A stretch of 64,000 nucleotides of DNA. Source: Heteronotia binoei (Eukaryota). A program made the translations under genes and the position numbers. The number at the start of each line of letters is the position of its first letter. The first letter of the stretch is position 1. The stretch spans positions 32,922,001 through 32,986,000 of the forward strand of contig NC_083239.1 in the NCBI RefSeq assembly GCF_032191835.1. The letters are read 5' to 3'. The notes beneath the pieces were generated by a model. The model was not told where the DNA came from. It worked only from the letters and a program-made list of their open reading frames with translations, and made no database searches. Positions 12,527 through 31,429 of the stretch are shown here, piece by piece.

Positions 12527-14110
12527 ATGGCGGCACTGGCTCCAGACAATGGAGAGCCCAATATCCCACCAGACGAGGAACCCCTCGACCCGAAGGTAAC
12601 TGGAGCGAGGAGGAAGATTAAAGTCCCCGCGCCGTTTTCCGTCGACGCCTTCCCCTCACGAACCTGGAGCCCGAGGAAGTCTACGGCCGCTATGGAGGCC
12701 GCGGAGCAACGCTACCGAATCATCGCCACGGGCGGGGGAGAAGGGGACGAGGGCGAGTCCAGAGATGAGGGGCTCGGGACTTATGGCGGAGGGGACCCGA
12801 TCCGAACACTACGCAACGAGTTGTTCGATTGGGTGAAAGAGATCCACGACGAGGTTCATGCCTCCAGGACCCTGATGGCAGAGGAGATGCAGCAGAACCT
12901 GGGAGCGGTCCACGACCAAATACGCACGCTCCAAGGGGTCGTGGCAGCAGGACAACTCCCGGGGGGGGACCGGCGGGCCCTCCGGCGGGTGCGCCGGCCG
13001 GGCCCCCGGCAGGACCTCCCGCGGGGGCGCCGGCTGGTCCGCCAGTAGGACCCCCCGCGGGGCCGCTGGCTGGCCCTCCAGCGGGACCCCCGGTTGGGCC
13101 CCCCGGCCGGTCCTCCAGTAGGTCCCCCGGCTGGACCGCCCGCGGGACCGCCGGCCGGCCCTCCGGTGGGACCCCCGGCCCCACCACCCGGTGGGCCGGT
13201 AGCTCCGGTACTCCCGGCCCCCATCGCCCCGGCCGGAGGGGACAGGGGAGGACACCGGGAGCTGAAAATCACCTTCGACGGGGACGGAGAAGCGGTGGAG
13301 TACTTTACGATCCAGTGCAACACGTTTTTCACGCACTGGGGAGCGGGGTACCCCACGGAAGCAAGCCGCATAGACCACATCGCCTCCAGACTGAGAGGAC
13401 CAGCTCAGAAATGGTACGTGGGGCTCTATACGGGGCGGAAACCCGAGCTAGCCACCTTGGCCGACTTTCTACAGGCGATGCTCTGTCAGTACGGAGACCC
13501 GCTGCGAGAGGAGAAAGCCATCGCGGCCCTACAAAGGATAGAGCAAGGCAACCGCACCACCCGAGAGTACGCTACCGAATTCATGGGCCACTGCGCGGCT
13601 GCCAGGGGATGGAATGAAGTAATGAAATACACCGCGTTCAAGAACGGCCTGAACGCGAACATCTTAGACCGGTGCTACCACCAGGGAAGACCAGACACCC
13701 TGGTAGGATGGATCCAACTAGCCGGGGAGGTAGAGACCGACCTCCAGCACGTCGGGATGCGACGCCAGCAACAAAGCAAGAAGGGAGGGAGGTCGAGCCC
13801 CTCGCCGAGCAAGACGGAAGGGAAGCGGGGCCCCGCAACCTCAACCCCCTCGACCACAGTGCGGAAGTGCTTCAGGTGTGGGGATCCGAATCACCTGGCC
13901 GCCAACTGCCCAGGGAAGCCGACACCAACTCCGACGCAGCCCAAACCGACGCCCACCGCACCGAAGAAGAAAGGCGGGCGAGCGAAGGAGCCCAGTCGGG
14001 GCACCGTCGCCACTTCCTTGGCGATTGACGAGGATATTACCACCATAGAAGAATCCAGCGAGGAGTCCTGGGATCAGGAGTCGGCGGGAAACGACAGCGA
14101 CCTGCTTTAA
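12527..14110 (+). CDS. Gag (two compensating homopolymer frameshifts)
   Basis: ORFs 12527 and 13094 are in the same frame; (GPPA)n linker, retrotransposon capsid (FDGDGEAVEYF...LRGPAQKWY), CCHC knuckle CFRCGDPNHLAANC. Confidence 0.9.
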
Positions 14111-14147
14111 CCAGTGCCGCGAAGCAGGTCGATAAAACGCCGGCACT
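14086..14147 (+). promoter_or_regulatory. -1 ribosomal frameshift signal (slippery site plus H-type pseudoknot)
   Basis: G GGA AAC at 14086-14092; stem 1 14098-14107/14122-14131; stem 2 14113-14119/14141-14147; pol is in the -1 frame and open across the site. Confidence 0.85.
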
Positions 14148-17100
14148 ACTAACGGTGAGAGTTACCGGGGGGCTATTGTTCATGGCGGTCACCCTTTTGA
14201 ACCCCAACTTGAAAAGATTTATGCACGCCCGGGCCCTAATTGACTCTGGGTGCACAAGGGACATCATCACCCCACGCTTGGTGGAAGCGCTAGGGTTAGC
14301 CACATCTCCCATTCCCCACCCCATCCAATTTGAACAAATGGACGGGTCACCCATGAGGGGGGAACCGTGCACCCTAGAGACCCAGGCCACCCCTGTGGGG
14401 ACCGAAGAACACTGGGGGGTAGAAACTTTTGTCATAGCCCCTTCCTGCTCCTTCGATGTGGTGGTGGGATCGGGATGGCTAGCAAGACACCAACCGGACA
14501 TTCGATGGGCAGAGCAGATCGTGCGGTTCCCGGACTGGCGGTGTGAACACCACCACTGGAGACCCGAGTGGGGCCCGAAAGCACCCCCGCAGAATGAGAG
14601 ACTTTGCCTCACCCTCGAGGAGATAGGATCGATCCCCAAAGAATACAGGGACTTAAGGAAAGCCTTTAGCGAGCGGGAGGCGGACGAACTCCCCCCGCAC
14701 CGCCCCACAGACTGTGCCATCGAACTCATCCCCGGGCAGACCCTACCAAAGGCAAAGTTGTATTCCATGGGTTGGGCAGAGAAAGCAGAACTGAGAAAAT
14801 TCATTGACAAAAATTTGAAACGGGGCTTTATTCGACCAGCCACGGCCCCCCATGCAGCCCCTGTACTATTCTGCAAGAAAAAGGACGGGGGGCTTAGACT
14901 TTGCACAGATTTTCGCGGGATAAACGGGATTTCTATGTCCAATGCTTACCCGATCCCGTTGATAAGGGACCTTTTGAACACAGTGGCCGAGGGCAAGATC
15001 TTCACTAAGCTCGATCTCAGAGACGCGTACTTTCGCGTGCGGATTAAGGAAGGAGACGAGTGGAAGACTGCGTTCAACACACCTATGGGACAGTTTGAGT
15101 ATCTAGTGATGCCATTCGGGCTCCAGGGAGCGCCGGGGGTTTTTATGAACTTTATAAATGAAGTGTTGAGAGAGTTTCTGTTTAAGGGGGTGGTGGTGTA
15201 CCTTGATGACATCATTATCTATTCAAAGGATCTTGAATCCCATGTGCCGCTCGTGCGAAAAGTATTGACCACCCTGTGTAAGAACAAATTGTATGCCAAA
15301 CTGTCTAAATGTGAATTCCACAAGACGGAACTAGACTACTTGGGGTTCCGAGTGTCGGGGGAGGGACTTGCAATGGATCCGGCAAAAATCCAAGCCGTTC
15401 TAGATTGGGAACCACCCCGAACCCGACGGCAGTTACAATCTTTTCTCGGGTTCGCCAATTTCTACCGCGGATTCATTAAGGGGTTCACCCGGGTGATGCT
15501 CCCCCTCACGGAGCTCCTAAAAACGAAGGGGAGGGGGGAAGCGGCAAAAAAACCCGGGGCGCGCTTGGTCTGGACGTCGGAATGCCACCGGGCTTTCCAA
15601 GAGCTTAAGCAACTCTTCACCTCTGAACCGATACTGGCTCACCCCAATGAATTAAAACCCTTTGTGGTGCAATGCGACGCCTCCGACGTCGCCGTAGGAG
15701 CCATATTGATGCAGAGGAACGAGGAAGGGGAACTACGTCCCTGCGCCTATATCTCCCACAAATTCTCAAACGAACAAAGAAACTGGTCGGTGTGGGACAA
15801 AGAGGCTTTTGCTGTAATGTTTGCCTTGAAAACTTGGAGATCCTGGTTAGAAGGAGCCCGAGTCCCCTTTGAAATTTGGACCGACCACAAAAATTTGGAA
15901 GCACTCACGGGCCGCCGCAAACTAACGGCCAAACAAATTCGGTGGGCGGGATTCTTTGCAAAATTTGACTTCGTGCTGAAACACATCCCAGGCACTAAGA
16001 ACTTTTTAGCTGACGCGCTATCGCGCATGCCCCAGCACGAGAGCCAACGAGAGGAAGTAATCGACTCTCTCATCCCCCCTTCAGCAGTCGCGGGAGGGGT
16101 CACTACTCGTTCAGGGAAAAAGACCGGGGCCCCAGAATTGCCACAAAAGGAACGCTTTGCGTCAGAGGCAGACTTAGAAGGAGCAGAGCGCCCCGACGGG
16201 CTCGAGCAGGGGGAGGGTGGACTTTGGCTCCATAAAGGGAAAATCTGTGTGCCCAGGTCTATGAGGAAGGAGGTATTAGAACAGAGCCACTCCAACCGCC
16301 TGGCCGGTCACTTTGGGTATGTGAAAACTCTCCACCTCATCACCCGACAATTTTGGTGGCCAAAACTAAAAAGGGACGTTTCTGAATTCGTGCTAGCATG
16401 CCCCACGTGCATCATGTCCAAACGCAGGGGAGGAAAACCCCCCGGCCACCTCGTCCCTCTCCCCACGGCCAACCGACCCTGGGCCGTTGTGTCGATGGAT
16501 TTTATAGTGGAACTTCCTCCATCCCAAGGGAAAACCGTGATACTGGTGGTGGTTGACACTTTTTCAAAACAAGCCCACTTCATCCCCTGCAAGAAATTAC
16601 CCACCGCCAAAAAATTAGCCCAACTTTTCTTTAATCACGTGGTCCGCCTACACTCATTCCCCGAGAAGGTCATTAGTGACCACGGGCCACAGTTCGTTGC
16701 CAACTTCTGGCGGGAGTTTTGCAAGCTAGCTGGCATCGAACAAGGTCTTAGCTCAGCCTACCACCCGCAAATGGACGGACAGACAGAGAGAGTAAACGGG
16801 CTTCTCGAGCAATACCTGAGGTGTTACATTAATTACCAACAAACCAATTGGGTGGAGCTTCTGCCATTCGCAGAATATGGATATAATAACAGCCTCCATA
16901 GCTCCACCAAAACCTCCTCTTTCCAAATAGTCAACGGCTACGAAGGGAAGCCTTTCCCAAACCTCCCCCTTCCGGCCGGACCAAAAGAGCCCACTTCTTG
17001 CCTCCAGTGGTGGGAGGGGATAAGGGAGGGATGGAAAGTGATTCAAGAAAACCTGGAAGAAGCAAAAAGGGAGTATAAGCGGTACTTTGACAAAAAGCAT

Positions 17101-17361
17101 GCCCCGCAGTGGGAAATGAAAGAGGGAGAGACAGTGTTCCTATCCACCAAAAACTTGCCCCTTCCGCAAGGGTGCTGCAAGCTTGCCCTCAAGTATCTGG
17201 GGCCATTCAAAATAAAGAAAGTTATCAACAAAGTGACTGTGGAACTGGAGTTACCTAAATCCCTAAGTAAGATCCACCCTGTTTTTCATTGCAGCCTTCT
17301 TCGCAAGGATCCTGGAGCTACGCAATTCCATCCTCGCCCCCCAGAGCCGCCTCCGACATAA
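14086..17361 (+). CDS. Pol: protease, RT, RNase H, integrase
   Basis: ALIDSGCT, YLDD, RNase H DASDVAVG, integrase HHCC and DDE, GPF motif; uninterrupted for over 1000 codons. Confidence 0.96.
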   Translation, partial: GKRQRPALTSAAKQVDKTPALLTVRVTGGLLFMAVTLLNPNLKRFMHARALIDSGCTRDIITPRLVEALGLATSPIPHPIQFEQMDGSPMRGEPCTLETQATPVGTEEHWGVETFVIAPSCSFDVVVGSGWLARHQPDIRWAEQIVRFPDWRCEHHHWRPEWGPKAPPQNERLCLTLEEIGSIPKEYRDLRKAFSEREADELPPHRPTDCAIELIPGQTLPKAKLYSMGWAEKAELRKFIDKNLKRGFIRPATAPHAAPVLFCKKKDGGLRLCTDFRGINGISMSNAYPIPLIRDLLNTVAEGKIFTKLDLRDAYFRVRIKEGDEWKTAFNTPMGQFEYLVMPFGLQGAPGVFMNFINEVLREFLFKGVVVYLDDIIIYSKDLESHVPLVRKVLTTLCKNKLYAKLSKCEFHKTELDYLGFRVSGEGLAMDPAKIQAVLDWEPPRTRRQLQSFLGFANFYRGFIKGFTRVMLPLTELLKTKGRGEAAKKPGARLVWTSECHRAFQELKQLFTSEPILAHPNELKPFVVQCDASDVAVGAILMQRNEEGELRPCAYISHKFSNEQRNWSVWDKEAFAVMFALKTWRSWLEGARVPFEIWTDHKNLEALTGRRKLTAKQIRWAGFFAKFDFVLKHIPGTKNFLADALSRMPQHESQREEVIDSLIPPSAVAGGVTTRSGKKTGAPELPQKERFASEADLEGAERPDGLEQGEGGLWLHKGKICVPRSMRKEVLEQSHSNRLAGHFGYVKTLHLITRQFWWPKLKRDVSEFVLACPTCIMSKRRGGKPPGHLVPLPTANRPWAVVSMDFIVELPPSQGKTVILVVVDTFSKQAHFIPCKKLPTAKKLAQLFFNHVVRLHSFPEKVISDHGPQFVANFWREFCKLAGIEQGLSSAYHPQMDGQTERVNGLLEQYLRCYINYQQTNWVELLPFAEYGYNNSLHSSTKTSSFQIVNGYEGKPFPNLPLPAGPKEPTSCLQWWEGIREGWKVIQENLEEAKREYKRYFDKKHAPQWEMKEGETVFLSTKNLPLPQGCCKLALKYLGPFKIKKVINKVTVELELPKSLSKIHPVFHCSLLRKDPGATQFHPRPPEPPPT

Positions 17362-17586
17362 GTGAAGGGTCAGAGTCACCATGAGGTGTTAGATATTCTA
17401 GACTCTAAGGTCCGAAGGGGGGTGCTGTACTATCTGATAAGGTGGAAGTACTTTCCCCCTAGCTGTGATGAATGGGTAAAAGCTACTGATGTATCTGCGC
17501 CGCAATTACTCAGAAAGTTTCACCTACTGTACCCACACAAGCCCAAGCCGAAGAGCTTAGGGGGGGCAGTATGTCAGAACTTGTAA
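17362..17586 (+). CDS. Integrase chromodomain, separated from Pol by an in-frame TAA
   Basis: HEVLDILDSKVRRGVLYYLIRWKYFPPSCDEWVKATDVSAPQLLRKFH, in the Pol frame. Confidence 0.85.
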   Translation: MKGQSHHEVLDILDSKVRRGVLYYLIRWKYFPPSCDEWVKATDVSAPQLLRKFHLLYPHKPKPKSLGGAVCQNL

Positions 17587-17993
17587 CTTTGATTTCTTTG
17601 CTTTAGCCAAACTGACTCCATGTTGTAACTTAGAAAGCTTGACAGCGGTCATTGACCCGGGCCTCTCTGCTATGCCAAATATTTAGGGCAGTAAGGCAGG
17701 CGGCAGAGAGTCTCTGCTTAACATCCACAGGTGCCCTTTGAAGCCAGGCCGTTTGGCCTTCGCAATAGGGGGGCATCCTCCTTTGCTGATAACGAAGGCT
17801 GGGAAGAAGAGACGACCGTTTGAGACCGTGTGAATTATTGTTTTATTATGCTTTGCTGTGGGCATAAAATGTAACCAACTGCCCAGAATCGCCATTACTG
17901 TTATTTCGTTACTATAGTACTGTAGTTCTTCTAATAAAGATCCTAACTTGCAACAAGTATTGGACTCTTTTGAAGTTCATCCAAGTTCTGACA
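17572..17993 (+). repeat. 3' LTR (422 bp)
   Basis: TGTCAGAAC...GTTCTGACA termini, preceded by purine tract AGGGGGGG; CATAAAA near 17863; AATAAA near 17933. Confidence 0.95.
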
Positions 17994-18491
17994 CACAGAG
18001 TCATACATACACAACAAAGGCAAAGCACTGGTTCTCCAGTTTACAGGTTGATCTAAGCATGAGGGAAGTAGGGAGTGGAACTGTCAAACTCTAAAGAACA
18101 GGGATTGGTGGGAGGGGGGAGGCTGCCAGGTCCATCCCATCACAGCACTGTGTGTTTCTTGTCTTTATACCCCGCTTCTTCTCTCCTCAGTGGTGACCCA
18201 AAAGACTTATGACCTGGTTCTTCCCTCCTCTCTTTGATTTGGGGATAGAGCCTGCAAACACAGACTTCAGTGGGGTACAATGCCAGAGAGCCCACCCTCC
18301 AGAGCATCCATGCTCTCCAAGGAGAAACTGATCTCTGTAATTGTAATCTGTTCTTTTACTTTCTGTACCTTATCCCTGATCCTTCCCTCAATTCCCTAAC
18401 CTTCCCTGTAAAAACTTAATAAAACTTGTTTACAGAGAAACTGATCTCTGTACTTTGGAGACAAACTGTAATTCTCAGGGATCTCCAGGAC

Positions 18492-18672
18492 ACAGTGTTC
18501 CCTCTAAGCTGAGTTAGCGTGAGCCAGCTCACAGATTTTAAGCCTCCAGCTCACACACATTTTTGTCTTAGCTCAGGGAGGATGATCCCAGAGCACATAA
18601 TTTATGCAGTAGCTCACAACTTTAATGCCAGTAGCTACCTCACAAAGTAGAATTTTTGCTCACAAGATTCTG
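18492..18672 (+). mobile_element. Truncated hAT MITE (CAGTGTTCCCTCTAAG family)
   Basis: Matches the full copy at 21191-21404. Confidence 0.7.
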
Positions 18673-18673
18673 G

Positions 18674-18880
18674 GGGAAGGGACGGTGGCTCAGTGGTAGA
18701 GTATCTGCTCGGGAAGCAGACGGTCCCAGGTTCAATCCCTGGCATCTCCAAAAAAGGGTCCAGGCAAAGAGGTGTGAAAAACCTCAGCTTGAGACCCTGG
18801 AGAGCCGCTGCCAGTCTGAGAAGACAATACTGACTTTGATGGACCAAAGGTCTGATTCAGTATAAGGCAGCTTCATATGT
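18674..18880 (+). mobile_element. tRNA-derived SINE (second family)
   Basis: A box GGTGGCTCAGTGGTAGAG, B box GGTTCAATCCC. Confidence 0.8.
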
Positions 18881-19309
18881 TCTGCAGCGTAGAAGGAACA
18901 TTGCTCCAGGTCCCGCCTGGAGGCTGGCATCCTTAAAACTTGGCAGTGCTGAAGTCCTCTGGAGCCTGTATCCAAATCAGTACTGCAGTGCAGTTTTGGT
19001 GCATCTGAGAAGCTGCAGGTAGTACACGATGAGGGGAGAAAAGAAAAAAAAATGCAAACACACATACACAGCTGGCGTATGGGGGAGCCTTATTCACATT
19101 TCCTTATTTTCTGTTCAACCATCCCATTTTCTGAGTTGGCTGAACAGTTACAGCACAGAATACCCAGGGTGTGCAACCCTGTGCAGAGTTACTCCCGAGC
19201 AGCCCCACTGAACTGCATACGTCGTCACAGTTGGCATCCTGGCTGAAGTCCACTCTGTCAGTGCTGCTTCTGAGAGAAAAGCACGAGACGCATTTTAATT
19301 CTGTCTGCA

Positions 19310-19493
19310 GTACTGAAAGAGTTGAACCGAGAGAGCTGTTTGCTAGAGAGGCCGAGCAAGGAGGAGGGCGGAAGTAGAAAAGCTGTTTTTCTGTACGGAT
19401 GGAGGAGGAGAAAGGTTTGTTTCTGAAGGGGCTTCAGATGTGTAACAGCTGGCGGAAAGCCGCCCAGTCCCGATCCTGAAGGTCTCCTCACAG
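19310..19493 (+). promoter_or_regulatory. Putative promoter and non-coding exon 1, gene B
   Basis: Paralog-conserved block, GGCGGAAGT ETS-like motif, donor CACAG|GTAAG. Confidence 0.7.
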
Positions 19494-21190
19494 GTAAGAC
19501 ATGGAGCGGGCGGAGGGATAAGCTCTTAACTCTTGGAAAAGAGGAATGCTGGCTGTCATTGGAAGAATCGCACTATGCCCTCAATCAATGAATGGAGAAT
19601 ACGCTCTGGGACTGTTTTATTATACTTGGAAAAATATCCTCGTGCAGTTCTACAGCACCCCCCCCCCCCCGCAAATCCAAGGAAGCCTTCCTGAAGCTAT
19701 GGTTTCCTATTCTTACATACCACTTTGACCTTGACATTTTGCCAAAAAAACCCAACAAATGTTATCATAATCTGATATTTTTCTAAAAGCAGTGACACTA
19801 CTATTGCATTTTGGCTTTATTGTGTATATGGGTTTTTATTTGTTTGTTTGTTTTCCCCCTCCCCCCTCCTTTTCTAGGAAGTCAGTTCACCCTGTACATT
19901 CCGTGCATTCTATAAGCTGAGCTTCTTTGAATTCTGTCAGTGTGTATTCTCTGTGTATGGAGTTTATTATGCAGCTTTTTATTTTGATCATATTGTCTTG
20001 TTGCATCTACTTCTTGAACTTTGTCTGATTCTGATTCTAGGATAATGGTATAGATGTGTTATTATAGGTTTTTGTCTGGGGGGAGGGGGATTTAAAAGGT
20101 TAAGTATTTTGTGAATATTTCACTACTCCTATATCAGTTTTAGAAGTTTAAAATAAGAGAATGCAAAAAAAAAATTTAAAAGAATGGATTCAGGTCTTAG
20201 TGTTGGTCTGAAGCAGCAAAATGACGTTTGAGTCCTGGGGCACCTTTAAGACACTAATGACATTTTATCCAAGAGATTTTTTCCCAAGAGTTTTTGTTTG
20301 CACGCACCCTGCTTCAGATACATTGAAGTGGAAGTCACCAGCCCCTACGCATAGAGGATGAGCAACAAATTAGCATACAACATAATGAAGATGTTTAACA
20401 GATTCCAGGATCAAACAGGAATAAGAAGCTTAGTTTATATCTATATCCAATATCTATGTTTACCATTTGTTTGGGTTTAATTCCAGGGGGAAAAAAGAGA
20501 TGTCAAAATTGGAGCTTGATGAGCAGATTTATCCTTATTCATTACGCAGGGCTAACATAGCTAACTGAAACCCTGTTGTTATCTCCCGTCTGTTTCCTCT
20601 CAAGTTTAACACAGGGTCTCAGTTACTCTTGGGAGTTTTAAGTACTTTCAAAGTGTATTTTTGTGATGTATGTTTTCATCTGTGAGCTGCCTTGGTGGCC
20701 TTTGTGGGGACGGAGAGTTTTGTAAATAAAAATCAATTCTCAGCCATGGAGGTCTCAAGGAAGTCCAGAAAGGAGTCCGAAGCCTGATCAGAAGAGGAGG
20801 GGTTATTCATGCCAACAGGCTCCTTCACAGGCAGAGGTCATTTTGTAGAACTCATTTGCATAGCTCATTTGCATATGCCACACACCCCTGACATCACGGG
20901 AATGTGTACTAAATTATATCAGCTCAGCATCTTCCTTAAAATGCTTTTTAATTACGATTGTCATCATAAAACCTTACTCCTTACAATTGTCAAAATAAAA
21001 CCTTACTTTTAAATTACTTTCTCTTATGTGGCCACAGTGGCATGATGAAGACTTCCATCTGTCTGCTTCGGTTGTTTTGCTTGTTTTCCCATTTTTTGTG
21101 TGTGGGGGGAAAACATTTCTGCCTAATGTTTCCACACTTTTGAGGAGAGTTTGCGAAATCTTATAGTTGAGCAACATTCTCACAGAGGGG

Positions 21191-21404
21191 CATTGTTCCC
21201 TCTATGCTGTTAGCGTGAGCTAGCTCACAGATTTTTAGCCTCCAGCTTACACATTTTTGTCTTAGCTCAAGAAGAATGACTCCAGAGCACACTAATTTCT
21301 GCAGCAGCTCACAACTTTAATGCCAGTAGCTCACAACTTTAATATCAGTAGCTCACAAAGTAGAATTTTTGCTCACAAGACTCCGCAGCTTAGAGGGAGC
21401 ATTG
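21191..21404. mobile_element. hAT MITE
   Basis: CATTGTTCCCTCTA...TAGAGGGAGCATTG, 8-bp TSD CAGAGGGG. Confidence 0.85.
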
Positions 21405-21990
21405 CAGAGGGGTTGAACAATGGAGCCCAGAAGCAAACAAAATTGGGGGGGGGGTAAGAAAGAAAGAGCAAATACAATTTAGAGGTTCTGGAGCCCCCTC
21501 CTGTGAGTTCCTGCCCAAGATGAGACCTGTCAGGCCATGCATATGGGCTCCTTCATTTGCCATGCATTTACCCCCTCCACCTGACCTTTCCCTGGGGGTT
21601 CACTGTCTCCCCTTGCTCCCATTCATCTAGGAAGCCCGTCTGCCCTGACCGGGAGAGGCTGGATAACCCCCAGCCCATCCCCTCTGCTGGCTGTGTTGAC
21701 AGAGCTATCACCTAATGTTTCCACATTATTGAGGAGATATTGGCAATACAAAATAGGCATATCTAACAAAGCTTGATATGTAATATAGCCCAATATGACA
21801 TTAATCCTGATCTGCAACAGTGATGCTCCTTTTGATCCACCAAGCCCATCCTTCAGTGTCTCTTGATCAGGGTTCGTGATGTAGCTCCATTCTCTTTTGT
21901 TTTCTTTCTGTCTTTTTGATTTCCTTTTTTCTTCAAAGCCACGTGAGTGCAGGTATCTTTCCACAGTCAGAGGCGACCCAAGAGGTGGGG

Positions 21991-29620
<7,630 letters not shown>

Positions 29621-29629
29621 TGACTACTT

Positions 29630-29950
29630 AGCCCAGAGTTGTCAAACACGTTTGTTTTGAGGGCTAGATCAGGCAAAAATGTCACTTTGTCAGGCTATGG
29701 CATGTTATCATAAAATGTACGGCTAGTCCAGAGTTATAAACTTCAAAAGGGACAGAGGCAGATCCAATTATCATTTTCTTTATAAACAGCGTTACAGTAT
29801 TGCCCTTATTTAACAGTCCTTTAAATGACATATATTGCTCTGAATTATTGCATCAAAATTTGGAATTAACATCTGTGCTTATAGCAGTCTTCAGTATGCT
29901 GTTTAGTTGTGAATCTTTATGCTAAGAATGTGCTTTTGATTTATGGACAT
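29630..29950 (+). mobile_element. hAT fragment at the end of the ZF array (shared by B, C, D)
   Basis: Similar to the 1550-1988 element; paralogs at 44310-44640 and 59628-59950. Confidence 0.7.
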
Positions 29951-30943
29951 TTATTACAGAAAAGAGCTGCTCACAGACATACCTTGTCCCAAACGTTTTT
30001 ATTGATTTATCCTCGAACAAAGTTGCACACTAGTAGCATATAATGATGTAAAATACATAACCATACATGCTTCACCATGGTATTTATTAATCTGCTCTGC
30101 TGTGACTATCACAAGCTCAAATGCTGTTTTCAGGATGCCGATGATAATTTGCGTAATCTCCCAAGACAGAGTTAAGTGGAATGTTAGCAATGCATTATTA
30201 CATTCCGCAGCCAAATGAAATCATGGGCAGCCATTTTCTACCATGTAAGATGAAGGACAGGAATGTTTTACCCTCCTGTGTGAGGCATGCCCAAAGCCTG
30301 ATGGTAATACACAGGTTGGAAAGCCAGTCATTTCCAGGCTGTGGGAAGAGAGGATGTTCCCATGGAAGGGGGTGGGGGATCCAAATCTGTAAATGGAGCA
30401 TCTTTCTCTGCATTTTGACCCTGGTTTTCCTCCAAAGAGATCAGGGAAGCAAAGATTGTCTCCCTCTTCCACCACCATTTTGGCTTCACAACAACCCTGT
30501 CTAGTAGTTTAGCCTGAGATGGTGGGACTGGCTCTGAGTCACCCAGTGAGGTTCATGGAGGTGGGGATTTGGACCAGGGTCAACTAAGTTCTGCTTTGAC
30601 ATTTTAACCACCATTGTTGTGTTTCATGGCCAGTATATTAATCTTGCAGAAAGTCGTTTCTGTTAAAATGCAAGCAGTGAGTATTGACTGATGGTAAGAA
30701 GGTGCCTTTGAGTCAGCAATGCAAGAATTGAACGTATTCTCTCCGGAGCCCCTTTTCCTATTCTATGCATAGTACCAGGAAGTTGAGCTGATATAGTATG
30801 CAGTAGACATGCCCGTGGGCTTTGTTTTCATTAGTGACCATTTGGTTTCCCAGATAGAATTCATCGTTTAACAAGGATGTACTGGAAAGATAGAGAAAGT
30901 CTAGGTTTCCCAACAGTTCCTTGAGCCTCCATGGAGTACAATG

Positions 30944-31429
30944 TAGGGTTGCCAAGTCGAATTCAAGAAATATCTGGGGACTTTGGGGGTGGAGCCAAGA
31001 TCAAGGCTGTGACAAGCATAATTGAACTCCAAAGGGAGTTCTGGCCATCACATTTAAAGGGACGGCACACCTTTTCAATGCCTTCCTTCCATAGGAAATA
31101 ATGAAGGATAGGGGTACCTTCTTTTGGGGCTCATAGAATTGGACACACTGGTCCAATATTTTTGAAACTTGGGGGGTATTTTGGGGAGAGGCACTAGATG
31201 CTATACTGAAAATTTGGTGCATCTACCCCAAAAAACAGCTCCCCCAGAGCCCCAGATACCCGCGGATCAATTCTCCATGATTTTCTATGGGAATAAATCT
31301 CTATAGGGAATAACAGAGTTCCCAGCAGACATTTCCCTCCCCTCCCCCCGCTTTCTGACGACCCTGAAGCGGGGGGAGGGTCTCCAAATCGGGGGATCCC
31401 CTGCCCCCACCTGGGGATTGGCAACCCTA
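30944..31429 (+). mobile_element. Non-autonomous hAT (TAGGGTTGCCAA family)
   Basis: TAGGGTTGCCAA...TTGGCAACCCTA, perfect 8-bp TSD GTACAATG. Confidence 0.93.

Larger units (their letters stand above)
12400..17993 (+). mobile_element. Ty3/Gypsy chromovirus LTR retrotransposon, Tf1/sushi group, 5' LTR truncated
   Basis: gag, pol (PR-RT-RH-IN) and chromodomain; full 3' LTR; the 75-bp 5' LTR remnant is identical to the 3' LTR end. Confidence 0.96.

Noticed and set aside
12720-14942. Long antisense and alternative-frame ORFs over gag-pol
   Set aside because: By-products of GC-rich codon use in the retrotransposon
18674-18750. tRNA genes (also 8980-9050, 23294-23360, 33073-33150)
   Set aside because: tRNA-like heads continue into SINE bodies present in several copies
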